Positions 47,457 through 55,150 of a stretch of DNA of 64,000 nucleotides are shown here, piece by piece (the first letter of the stretch is position 1; each line of letters begins with the position of its first letter). The stretch is taken from the NCBI GenBank assembly GCA_964527395.1, contig CAZGQD010000005.1, forward strand, positions 6,524 to 70,523. Reading direction: 5' to 3'. The stretch comes from an uncultured Methanosarcinales archaeon (GTDB lineage: Archaea > Nanobdellota > Nanobdellia > Woesearchaeales > GW2011-AR9). Under the pieces are notes generated by a model, which saw only the letters and a program-made list of their open reading frames with translations, ran no database searches and had not been told where the DNA came from. The position numbers were made by a program, and so were the translations under genes.

Positions 47457-48047
47457 CTAGCTTGTTTTTACGAAAAAGTTTGCAGTTGCGTACTCAGCTA
47501 CATTTGTTCCACTTGAGTCGTCTGCTTCCCAAAGTACAATCTTGTAAAGGTAAGTACCTTGTTTGTCTGGAGCAGTTAAGGAAAACTTGATAATGTCTGT
47601 GTCACCTGCGCTAACTTCTCTGTATTCGTTATCCCAAAAGATCTCTGCGTCAGCACTGTTACTGTTTAGTGTTAGTTCTTCACCACTGACAAAATCGACA
47701 AAGTCGGCTCCATCTTTCACGTGAAAAGTTACAGCAAAGTATTTTGACTGATCGTCAGTGTTTTTGATTCCTACTGCGTGAACTTCTTCATCTTTAATTT
47801 CTAAACTTAGTTCGTCACTTGGAAAACTTAGTTTGTTATTACTTCTTCTTAAGTCGTCCATTATTTGTTGTTGAATTTGGTCTTGAACAGAACTAGATGT
47901 ATCAGTTATCTGAGCGAATTGTCCCTTTACAAATCCAAGTCCCAAACCTAGTACTACAAAAGCAATTACAACTATTACAATTGCTTCAATAGAAAGGTTT
48001 AATGAACCCTTTTTTCCTCTATTTGAGAATATCATCCTTTTTGCCAC
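47457..48047 (-). CDS. pilin-like protein with class III (type IV prepilin-like) signal peptide
   Basis: MAKRMIFSNRGKKG|SLNLSIEAIVIVVIAFVVLGLGLG: a basic head, Gly, then a hydrophobic helix with the LSIEA motif. The remainder is beta-rich. Confidence 0.6.
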   Translation of the reverse strand: MAKRMIFSNRGKKGSLNLSIEAIVIVVIAFVVLGLGLGFVKGQFAQITDTSSSVQDQIQQQIMDDLRRSNNKLSFPSDELSLEIKDEEVHAVGIKNTDDQSKYFAVTFHVKDGADFVDFVSGEELTLNSNSADAEIFWDNEYREVSAGDTDIIKFSLTAPDKQGTYLYKIVLWEADDSSGTNVAEYATANFFVKTS

Positions 48048-48472
48048 CTCAATTTTGTACTTTACTTTAATTCTTTATACTAATATCTCCTTTGATATCA
48101 CTATTTTATTATAAGTATGGGAGAAGAGAGGTTTTTCTGGTATAAAAACGTTGCTATTTGTGGTGGGAGAGAATTGTCTTCTTTTAATTTTTCATAAAGA
48201 AATATTTTAAGATTAGTTTTTTTTTTGATTTAAGTGAAAATTAATAGTATTTAGAAGTTACTGCTTTCTTCTTTTTTAGTAACTATATCATACATATCTG
48301 GTCTCATTAATAAAATTTAGCTGAAAACAGTTTTTAAATCTTTCTAAAGGTTAGTTTTTAATTTTTTTCCTTAAATTGCAATTAGAATTATTCCATAGAT
48401 AAAAGATTGCAAATAAAAACTTGATAATAGTAAATTTAAGAATAGGGTGTGGTTTATAAGTTTTTTATATTC

Positions 48473-49243
48473 TTATAATAGATTCTCTACAATGAAATTT
48501 TTGCTTAAATTAATCATTTTTTCAAAGTGTTTTGGAGTTTTAGAAAATTTATGATTTGCTCCTTTGATTATTTCTAATTTACAATTTTCTATTAATTTTG
48601 CAGTTTTGATGCTTTGCCCTATAGGGACCATTGAATCATTGTCTCCGTGAATAATTAGAGTAGGGATTTTGATATTTTCAGCTGCTTTATGGCCGTTGTA
48701 TTTTTTAAGGTTTTCATAAAAAGAATAGTTTAGTCTTCTTTCTTCACCGTATGAGTTTTTGTGGATGATGAAAGCTTGGTTTTTCCAGTTTTCTAATTCT
48801 TCTTTAGTCATGTTATTGTTTTTTTGTTCAATGTAGTCAGAAACTGGGCATTTTAGAACTAACAAAGTTAATTTGTTTGTTTTTGAAGCAGCTATGATAC
48901 TGTTGAATCCACCGAAACTAGATCCGAAAAGGCCGATTTTAGTGAATTTTTTGCTTTCTAGAAATTCTATTGCTTTTAAGATGCAATCGGATGCTTTATC
49001 TATTGTTAAATCTTCGAATTTACCTTCACTTTCACCGTGGCCAAAGAAGTCTATTCTTAAAGTAGCAATTTTTTCTTTATTTAGAACAGTTTCCATGGTT
49101 TTGTAGGTAGTGCTAGCTTTAGAAGTAGTAAAACCATGGCAGAGAATGATTATAGGGGTGTTGATAGTTTCTTTGTTAGGGTTTGATAAAATTCCACAGA
49201 TTTTGTTGCTTTCAGAGTCTTTGAAGAATATTTTCTCTTTCAT
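48473..49243 (-). CDS. alpha/beta hydrolase (dienelactone hydrolase / S9-like)
   Basis: Nucleophile elbow GLFGSSFGG. HGDNDSMVP. Terminal ANHKF. Confidence 0.7.
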   Translation of the reverse strand: MKEKIFFKDSESNKICGILSNPNKETINTPIIILCHGFTTSKASTTYKTMETVLNKEKIATLRIDFFGHGESEGKFEDLTIDKASDCILKAIEFLESKKFTKIGLFGSSFGGFNSIIAASKTNKLTLLVLKCPVSDYIEQKNNNMTKEELENWKNQAFIIHKNSYGEERRLNYSFYENLKKYNGHKAAENIKIPTLIIHGDNDSMVPIGQSIKTAKLIENCKLEIIKGANHKFSKTPKHFEKMINLSKNFIVENLL

Positions 49244-49267
49244 AAATTGGTAATTTGCTTTTGTTGT

Positions 49268-50143
49268 TTATAAAATTGTTGTAAGCCAGTAAAATATTGG
49301 GCTACTAAATATGAACACTGCATAAGCTGTTAAGAAACTTGGTAAGAAAGGTACACCTTCTTTGATTTTTACAGTTTCTATTTTACCGTTAGCGAAAAGC
49401 ATTTGAATTTTTTCAATATCATCACGTTCTAAAGTTTTTTTCTTTACTATCATTTTGTGATTTTCTTTTACTTTCTGTGAGAGCCAGTCTCCTGGAACTA
49501 GGTCTAAGGGGCTTTTGTATATATAGAAACAACTAGCTTCTACAGCTGTTAAGAAGATGAAAAATGGGTATAGGAGTGGTAGGACTATTGGGAAGATTAA
49601 GAGGCTTGGATCAATTTTGTAAGAGAAGATTCCTAATATGATTGCTACTAATATGCTTAAGTAAAATAGTCTTCTTAGTTTTCTATGTCTTTTTTTTGCT
49701 TCTTTTTTGAAAAGTTTCCAGTGCTCTGTCATTACTTTTGCACTCCAGAATAATGACCATGCTGAACCTATGAATAATAAGAGGAGTAAGAAAAAAGGAA
49801 TTTCTAGTCCATTGAATTGTGAGGATTCTTTTAGTATTGGGAATGTGAAGTCTGCTCCTAGAAGTGCTCCCATAGCCATTAAAACTTTACTGTCTGCTCC
49901 TCCCCAACCACCTTGGTAGTATAGGAATGTTGCTATTATGAGCATGATTGCGAAACCTAAAAGTGCTGAGAAAAAGTAGTTCCATCCTGTTTCTAAGCTG
50001 ATAATTAGTTTTATGCTAAGGATTATTATTAGAAGACCCATACTGATTAGATCGTATACTTCTCTTTCTTTAATATCTTGAATAGAAGCTAATATGAGGA
50101 AGATGAAAACTAGTGTGGAAATGAATGTAGTGATTGCAACCAT
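49268..50143 (-). CDS. archaeal prepilin/preflagellin peptidase (A24 family)
   Basis: First Asp motif ASIQDIKEREVYD and second motif GGWGGADSKVLMAMG. Polytopic membrane protein. Confidence 0.75.
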   Translation of the reverse strand: MVAITTFISTLVFIFLILASIQDIKEREVYDLISMGLLIIILSIKLIISLETGWNYFFSALLGFAIMLIIATFLYYQGGWGGADSKVLMAMGALLGADFTFPILKESSQFNGLEIPFFLLLLLFIGSAWSLFWSAKVMTEHWKLFKKEAKKRHRKLRRLFYLSILVAIILGIFSYKIDPSLLIFPIVLPLLYPFFIFLTAVEASCFYIYKSPLDLVPGDWLSQKVKENHKMIVKKKTLERDDIEKIQMLFANGKIETVKIKEGVPFLPSFLTAYAVFIFSSPIFYWLTTIL

Positions 50144-50216
50144 GGTTAGTAGATTTATTTTTTAGTATATAAAACAAGGGGTTTACTAGGTTTGGAGATA
50201 GTATCTTTGTTGTGAA

Positions 50217-50396
50217 GAAAATTGGCAGTATCAGACTTATCCTCAAGCAAGCTTTCGGGACTTGGTTCACATGTTCACCAAGTATCGCAGGCGTGACCAT
50301 TTCGCGTACTATCTCTGCGAGCAAAGCTCTTAGGGCGCTCATTGTTTAGATCTTGTGTTGAATAACATTGCCAGTGAGGAGATGCTGCCAATTTTC
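50217..50396 (+). ncRNA. candidate structured RNA, family copy B (180 nt)
   Basis: 16-bp closing stem GAAAATTGGCAGTATC/GATGCTGCCAATTTTC. TCAGAC, GCAGGCGTGACCA and TTGCCAGTGAGGAGA blocks. Variable arm with hairpin CTTGGT..ACCAAG shared with copy D. Confidence 0.55.
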
Positions 50397-50615
50397 CTTG
50401 AGTAGTATCTTTTTGAGTTGGATTTGTTGTAGTAGTTTATTGAGTTGGAGTTTTTGCTGATGTTAGGATTGAATCTTTTGTTTCTTTAGAAGCTAGTTGT
50501 GGTGCTGTTGCTCCTCTGTGTGCAAAGGTTTATAAACGATTTCTTCGTCTTTTTATTGGTAAATATAGATTTGAGATCAGTTTATAGATTAATATTTTTA
50601 GAGAGGTTGTTAAAG

Positions 50616-51167
50616 GTGGCAAAAACAGATACATATGAAATTCTTCCGCAGGATATTTTAGATACTTTGAGATATGATATTGAAGCTTTGAAAAAGAAGT
50701 TAGATGAACCGCAAAGTAAAACAAATGAATTGATACTAGAAATAGAAAGTTTGAAAGATTCAATTCATGATTTAAATGATGTGTTTAAAAAGGCATTACA
50801 TGAAACAGCTGAAGAAGACGTGTACAAAACCCTTAAAGTGATTAGTGAGAGAATTGATGCAGTTGTGACACAAAATGAAACTATTGCAAAAGGGATGATT
50901 GCAATTTCAGATAAAGTTGATGATTTTGTTAGTAGTCAAAATAATAAGCCGGCTTCAGCTCCTGCTGTTAATTTAGGTGGGCCAGCTGGTTCTATGGGTT
51001 CAGCTGCTGCTCCAATGGGGGCTCCTAGAAATTTGCCTCCACAGATGTCTGCTATTCAAGGAAGTGGGCGTCCAGCTGTTCCAATGTCAGGGATGGGAGC
51101 AAGGCCAGGAGGAGTTCCACCACCACCGCCAAGTATGGGGGGAGCTAAAAAGAGGAGCTTTTTTTGA
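50616..51167 (+). CDS. coiled-coil protein with Pro/Gly/Met-rich C-terminal tail
   Basis: A GTG start at 50616 is 30 nt from TTTATAGA. Heptad-like N-half, then a tail ...GAPRNLPPQMS..GGVPPPPPSMGGAKKRSFF. The upstream part of ORF-track 50499 overlaps no plausible coding sequence. Confidence 0.5.
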   Translation: MAKTDTYEILPQDILDTLRYDIEALKKKLDEPQSKTNELILEIESLKDSIHDLNDVFKKALHETAEEDVYKTLKVISERIDAVVTQNETIAKGMIAISDKVDDFVSSQNNKPASAPAVNLGGPAGSMGSAAAPMGAPRNLPPQMSAIQGSGRPAVPMSGMGARPGGVPPPPPSMGGAKKRSFF

Positions 51168-51185
51168 GCTTAATGGAAGAATAGG

Positions 51186-52217
51186 ATGGTACGATTAAAA
51201 ACAAGACAATTGCTTGATTCAGTAGCAAGAATACAAGATGGACATAATAAAGAGCTGTCTAGGGATGAGATCAAAAAGAAGATTGAAGAGATCAAATATT
51301 TGTCTGGTAAAAAGAAAGTACCAAAATTAAGTTTACAAAAAGAAATTATTCATTTAGAAAATCAGTTACATTCGCTTTTTGAAGTTGAAAAAAGGTTGTT
51401 GATGCAATCAAAACAAGAAAGTTCTAAGATTACTGCATTAAAAAAGCAAGTAAATAGTATGAGATTGAAGTTGGATAAGTCAACTGGAACTGATATTGAA
51501 CAAAAGATTGAGAAATTGACTTATATTATGGGTCAAATTTTAGCAAAATCAGACACAGCAGAAAATGTACGTTTACGTGAAGAGCTTGAAAAGAGTCATA
51601 AAAAGGTAGTATTGGAGATTAAAGAACGTAAAGAAGCAGCCAAACCTGAACCGTTAAGTTTTGAGAAGAAGCAAAGGATTTTAGGAATAATCTCAAAGTC
51701 AGCAACACTTCGTGAAGCACTTCAAAAGAAGATTGCAGCAAATCCAGAAGATAAGGTTTTGAAAGAAAAATTGGAGCTTTCTATTTTTGCTATGGAGAAA
51801 AAGCTTGAGAGGATGCGTGATGATTTTCCAGAACTTGAAAAAGAGATTTCTATTGAGATTGAAAAAGAGAAAGCGTTTGTTCAAAGTATGCATGTTTCAG
51901 CAATGCCAAGCCAAATTTCTGCTGTAAGATCACATATAGATGCTTCTAGCCCAGGTGTGAGACACAAAATGATTGTAGGAGAACCAAGTGTTGGTGTTGC
52001 TCCAGATGTAGGTTCTTTTCCTGCGCAAGGTCCAGAGAGTCAGGCTCTTACTGGAGATTTAGAAGCTAGAATGGGTCAAGTTCATGAAGAGCAAGTTCAA
52101 GGGATGTTAGCTGGACAGGTTTCTGCTACTCCGGCTGCTGCTGAAGAACATCAGCTTGAGGAAGAATTGATTGCAGAGTTGCCATTGCCACCGCCACCTA
52201 GGATTCGTAGGAAATAA
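51186..52217 (+). CDS. long coiled-coil protein with C-terminal LPLPPPPRIRRK
   Basis: 343 aa. Lys/Glu-rich heptads for ~230 aa, then a Pro/Ala/Gln-rich tail. 18 nt after the previous gene. Confidence 0.5.
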   Translation: MVRLKTRQLLDSVARIQDGHNKELSRDEIKKKIEEIKYLSGKKKVPKLSLQKEIIHLENQLHSLFEVEKRLLMQSKQESSKITALKKQVNSMRLKLDKSTGTDIEQKIEKLTYIMGQILAKSDTAENVRLREELEKSHKKVVLEIKERKEAAKPEPLSFEKKQRILGIISKSATLREALQKKIAANPEDKVLKEKLELSIFAMEKKLERMRDDFPELEKEISIEIEKEKAFVQSMHVSAMPSQISAVRSHIDASSPGVRHKMIVGEPSVGVAPDVGSFPAQGPESQALTGDLEARMGQVHEEQVQGMLAGQVSATPAAAEEHQLEEELIAELPLPPPPRIRRK

Positions 52218-52240
52218 GGTTGTGTTTTTTAGTTTTCTTT

Positions 52241-52325
52241 TGTTATCTGGATAACAATTTGTTATAATAATAACAAAATTGTATTAAAAGTGTTATTATA
52301 ATAACAAATTGTTACTATTATAACA
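52241..52325. promoter_or_regulatory. array of four 16-nt inverted repeats TGTTAT-N4-ATAACA
   Basis: Units are at 52241, 52260, 52291 and 52310 (spacing 19/31/19): TGTTATctggATAACA, TGTTATaataATAACA, TGTTATtataATAACA, TGTTACtattATAACA. Confidence 0.6.
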
Positions 52326-52370
52326 TTTTAGAAAGTATAAATTAAGAAATTATAATAAAAAATAGATAAA

Positions 52371-52547
52371 TTAAACATCTTTAGCCATTACAGTTCTTCT
52401 TTTGTTGGCTTTTGCTCTGTTGCAAGCGTCTAGAACCAAACTTTTTACTTTCTTATCTAGAGCTGCTAGGAAGTCTTTTGACATGTTTTCGACTTCTGTT
52501 CCACTTTCTTTCAAAATGTCTTTTACTTGGGTTCTTACAACTATCAT
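52371..52547 (-). CDS. small histone-fold-like DNA-binding protein (DUF1931-like), 58 aa, below ORF-track cutoff
   Basis: MIVVRTQVKDILKESGTEVENMSKDFLAALDKKVKSLVLDACNRAKANKRRTVMAKDV. The pattern resembles single histone-fold DUF1931 proteins. TATA box 23 nt upstream. Confidence 0.6.
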   Translation of the reverse strand: MIVVRTQVKDILKESGTEVENMSKDFLAALDKKVKSLVLDACNRAKANKRRTVMAKDV

Positions 52548-52569
52548 GTTAGTGGTTATTGGTTGCTGT

Positions 52570-52577
52570 TTTATAAA
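52570..52577 (-). promoter_or_regulatory. TATA box for 52371..52547
   Basis: TTTATAAA lies 23 nt upstream of the minus-strand ATG at 52547. Confidence 0.5.
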
Positions 52578-52630
52578 GTTATCTTTGAGTTGGGAAAGAA
52601 ATATAAGGTTTGTTTTGTATTGGTTTTGTT

Positions 52631-53029
52631 ATGGCAATGGATAATTGTATTTTTTGTAAGATTGTAGCAGGAGAAATACCATGCTATAAAGTGTTTGAAG
52701 ATGATGATTTTATTGGGTTTTTAGATATCAGACCTGTACGATCAGGGCATGTTTTAGTTGTTCCAAAAAAGCATTATAGATGGGTTTATGATATCAAGGA
52801 AGACTATTCTGAATCAGTTGCTAAAGTGGCTGCTGCTTTGAAAAAGGCTTATTCTACAGAATTGGTGGTTTCATATGTAATAGGAGATGAAGTTCCTCAT
52901 GCACATATTCATTTGGTGCCTAGAACTGAAGGGGATGGACATGGAGCTTTAGTAGATTTGACTCTGGCAAAAGAGGTTTCTAAGGAAGAGATGGAAGCTG
53001 AGTTTCAGAAGATTCTTAGTGGATTTTAG
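52631..53029 (+). CDS. HIT-family (histidine triad) nucleotide hydrolase
   Basis: CIFCKIVAGEIP and HAHIHLVP. ATG at 52631; the ORF-track start at 52610 is TTG. Confidence 0.85.
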   Translation: MAMDNCIFCKIVAGEIPCYKVFEDDDFIGFLDIRPVRSGHVLVVPKKHYRWVYDIKEDYSESVAKVAAALKKAYSTELVVSYVIGDEVPHAHIHLVPRTEGDGHGALVDLTLAKEVSKEEMEAEFQKILSGF

Positions 53030-53097
53030 AGCTTTTTTGTTTAATTTTACCATAATCTATATAAAGGAGGTTCTTAGAGTTTCATGTAACCATTAGT

Positions 53098-53223
53098 GGC
53101 GGTGTGGCTTAGTCTGGTCTATGGCGCTGTGCTCATATGTAATTGAGCGATGAGACTTAATTGTCGATGACTTATTCAACCTGGGCGACACAGAAGTCCC
53201 GCGTTCAAATCGCGGCACCGCCA
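53098..53223 (+). tRNA. tRNA with CAT anticodon (elongator Met or Ile2) carrying a 50-nt intron at 37/38
   Basis: Acceptor GGCGGTG/CACCGCC. Anticodon stem CTGTG/CACAG. Loop CT-CAT-A then intron 53138..53187. BHB: CTCA/TGGG central helix with bulges TAT and CGA. T arm CCGCG-TTCAAAT-CGCGG. Confidence 0.8.
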
Positions 53224-53239
53224 CTTTTGGTATTTTATT

Positions 53240-53323
53240 GCTGACGTGGCACAATCTGGTACTGCGCAAGACTGGAAATCTTGTTTCCTTCGGGATTTCC
53301 CGGTTCAAATCCGGGCGTCAGCG
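53240..53323 (+). tRNA. tRNA-Ser (anticodon GGA)
   Basis: Acceptor GCTGACG/CGTCAGC. Anticodon arm CAAGA-CTGGAAA-TCTTG. Long variable arm TCC-TTCG-GGA. T arm CCCGG-TTCAAAT-CCGGG. Confidence 0.9.
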
Positions 53324-53406
53324 CTTCTTTTTAACTAAAGTCAGTAAAACATGGTTTTTGTAGACTAATGAAATTTATATATCATGATTTTTGAGAATTT
53401 TGAAAG

Positions 53407-53730
53407 ATGGTGATATATTCGACTAAGCCAATTAAGAGAGTTTCTAAAGAAGATTTTTTTGAATTAATTAGAAATAGACAAATAATTGTGTCTTCACATG
53501 CTATTTGGCATTTGAATAATAAGCAGAGAAAGGTTTTTAATATAGAAGAATTACTGAATATGTTAAAGAGGGAGAATCCAAGGAAAGTATATCTTCAGGA
53601 AAATGGAAGATATTCCTCTTATTATAGGAGAAATGATGGATATAGAAAATTGATAATTGAAATTAGGAAGGATAAGACAATTGTTGTAACTTTTGTTGAT
53701 CTTAAAGAAATTCCAAAATATAATCTATGA
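53407..53730 (+). CDS. DUF4258-like small protein (putative toxin)
   Basis: 107 aa. IIVSSHAIWHLNNKQRKVFNIEELLNML...LIIEIRKDKTIVVTFV resembles the DUF4258 pattern. 3-nt gap to the next gene. Confidence 0.45.
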   Translation: MVIYSTKPIKRVSKEDFFELIRNRQIIVSSHAIWHLNNKQRKVFNIEELLNMLKRENPRKVYLQENGRYSSYYRRNDGYRKLIIEIRKDKTIVVTFVDLKEIPKYNL

Positions 53731-53733
53731 AAA

Positions 53734-54126
53734 ATGGCAGAAAAACATCTTGATGGGACTGGAAAAGGAGATTTGTTGTATGATTTTGCTAGTGATATTT
53801 TAATGTTTAAACTAAAAGAAAGAGAGTATAAAGAATCTGCTGAATTCCAAAACTTTGTAGCAGATATAGATTCAGAAGGATTTGTGACAGGAATACGTGT
53901 TTTTGATGCATCTTTAGTTTTTGGAGTTGATAAATACACTTTAAGAAATATTGTTAAATGGGGATTTAAGACTTCTGTAGATAATGGTACAATAACAGTT
54001 CGTTTATCTTTTGTTGGAAAAATAAGGAACAAAGAAGTACCAGTAGAAAATTTTACTCAACAACTGACAACTACACTTGAGGGTTATGATTTAATGGATT
54101 CTTCAGTTGAATGTGCTTTAGTTTAG
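53734..54126 (+). CDS. DUF2283-like protein (putative antitoxin partner)
   Basis: LLYDFASDILMFKL...VADIDSEGFVTGIRVFDAS matches the YDxxxDxL...D.dG.ivGIEi.dAS pattern. Confidence 0.5.
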   Translation: MAEKHLDGTGKGDLLYDFASDILMFKLKEREYKESAEFQNFVADIDSEGFVTGIRVFDASLVFGVDKYTLRNIVKWGFKTSVDNGTITVRLSFVGKIRNKEVPVENFTQQLTTTLEGYDLMDSSVECALV

Positions 54127-54156
54127 GTAGGTTTTATTGAATTTGTTTTTTTTGAT

Positions 54157-54541
54157 AAAATGGTAGAAAAAATAGTTGTAGGAATTGTTGTATCTGATTC
54201 AAGAGTATTGATGGTTCTAAGATCAGTAATTGAAGATAATCTTTCATGGGTGTTTCCAGGAGGAAAGGTTCTAGATTCTGAGGGAGAAGAAGCAGCAGTT
54301 TTGCGTGAGATTAGTGAAGAAACTGGCCTTATTTGTAAAGTAACTCAGAAATTAGGTGAGAGAATTCACCCAAATAGTGGAAAAATGATAATTTATTTTG
54401 CTTGTGAATATGTTAGTGGTGAATTGAATGATTCTAGTTCTGAAATAGAAAGGGTGGAATGGGTAGATATAAAACAAGTTAAAGAGAGAATAACTAGTGA
54501 TCTTTTTGATAAAGTTGAAGATTTTTTAGATGAGATTTAAT
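54157..54541 (+). repeat. 385-bp direct repeat, copy 1
   Basis: Identical to 55151..55535 except at 2 positions (54204 a/t and 54537 t/g). Confidence 0.9.
54160..54540 (+). CDS. NUDIX hydrolase (copy 1 of a duplicated gene)
   Basis: Nudix box GGKVLDSEGEEAAVLREISEETGL. Confidence 0.85.
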   Translation: MVEKIVVGIVVSDSRVLMVLRSVIEDNLSWVFPGGKVLDSEGEEAAVLREISEETGLICKVTQKLGERIHPNSGKMIIYFACEYVSGELNDSSSEIERVEWVDIKQVKERITSDLFDKVEDFLDEI

Positions 54542-54594
54542 CATTTTTATTTAAATATAATCTCATTGAATTATAAATTTAGGAGTTTGGTATC

Positions 54595-54999
54595 ATGGCA
54601 AATAAAGGAGTAGGTATGCTTTTAGAAAATGAAGGGAAGTTTTTGTTATTACATCGTTCTAATGAAGATTTGTGGGAGTGTCCAAAAGGGCATATTGAAG
54701 AAGGAGAAACAGATAATGATGCAATAAAAAGAGAACTTTTTGAGGAAACAAGAATTAGTGATTTTTCTTTAATTAATAAAATAGGACTTTTACAATTTGA
54801 ATTTATTAGAAAATTGTCTGGAACAGTAAAAAAAAGAGAAATTACTTATTATCATTTAAAAACTTCTAATAAAATGGTGGTTGTTTCAAGTGAACATGAT
54901 GATTTTTTATGGGTATCTAGAAAAGAGTTGTTTGAAAAGTTAAAATTTGAAGATATTAGAGACCTTTTAATGAATTATTTTAATCTCATGGACATCTAA
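54595..54999 (+). CDS. NUDIX hydrolase (distinct paralog)
   Basis: Nudix box PKGHIEEGETDNDAIKRELFEETRI. Confidence 0.85.
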   Translation: MANKGVGMLLENEGKFLLLHRSNEDLWECPKGHIEEGETDNDAIKRELFEETRISDFSLINKIGLLQFEFIRKLSGTVKKREITYYHLKTSNKMVVVSSEHDDFLWVSRKELFEKLKFEDIRDLLMNYFNLMDI

Positions 55000-55150
55000 T
55001 AGCCATGTTCTTTCGAAAAAATTATATAGATTAATGATTATTTTATAGAAAAATATAGAAATTTAGTATTTTTACTAACTAGATCAAAAATAGTCAATTA
55101 AGACTTGAATTTGTTACTGATACTGGGCGTTGGCGCTCTTTTTTTCTTAG

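Noticed and set aside
48048-48472. I considered the 425-bp AT-rich intergenic region as a possible replication origin.
   Set aside because: No repeated ORB-like motif or inverted-repeat pair is visible, there is no adjacent cdc6/orc1 gene, and I could see no change of strand bias across it.
50070-50342. 90-aa ORF on the minus strand covering family copy B, and the analogous open frames over the other copies.
   Set aside because: Single-nucleotide indels between copies (e.g. cattttgtg versus catttttgtg) shift or stop the frame, and copies C and D have no start codon. The conservation is at the RNA or DNA level, not the protein level.
53093-53308. 71-aa minus-strand ORF.
   Set aside because: It lies entirely over the two tRNA genes.
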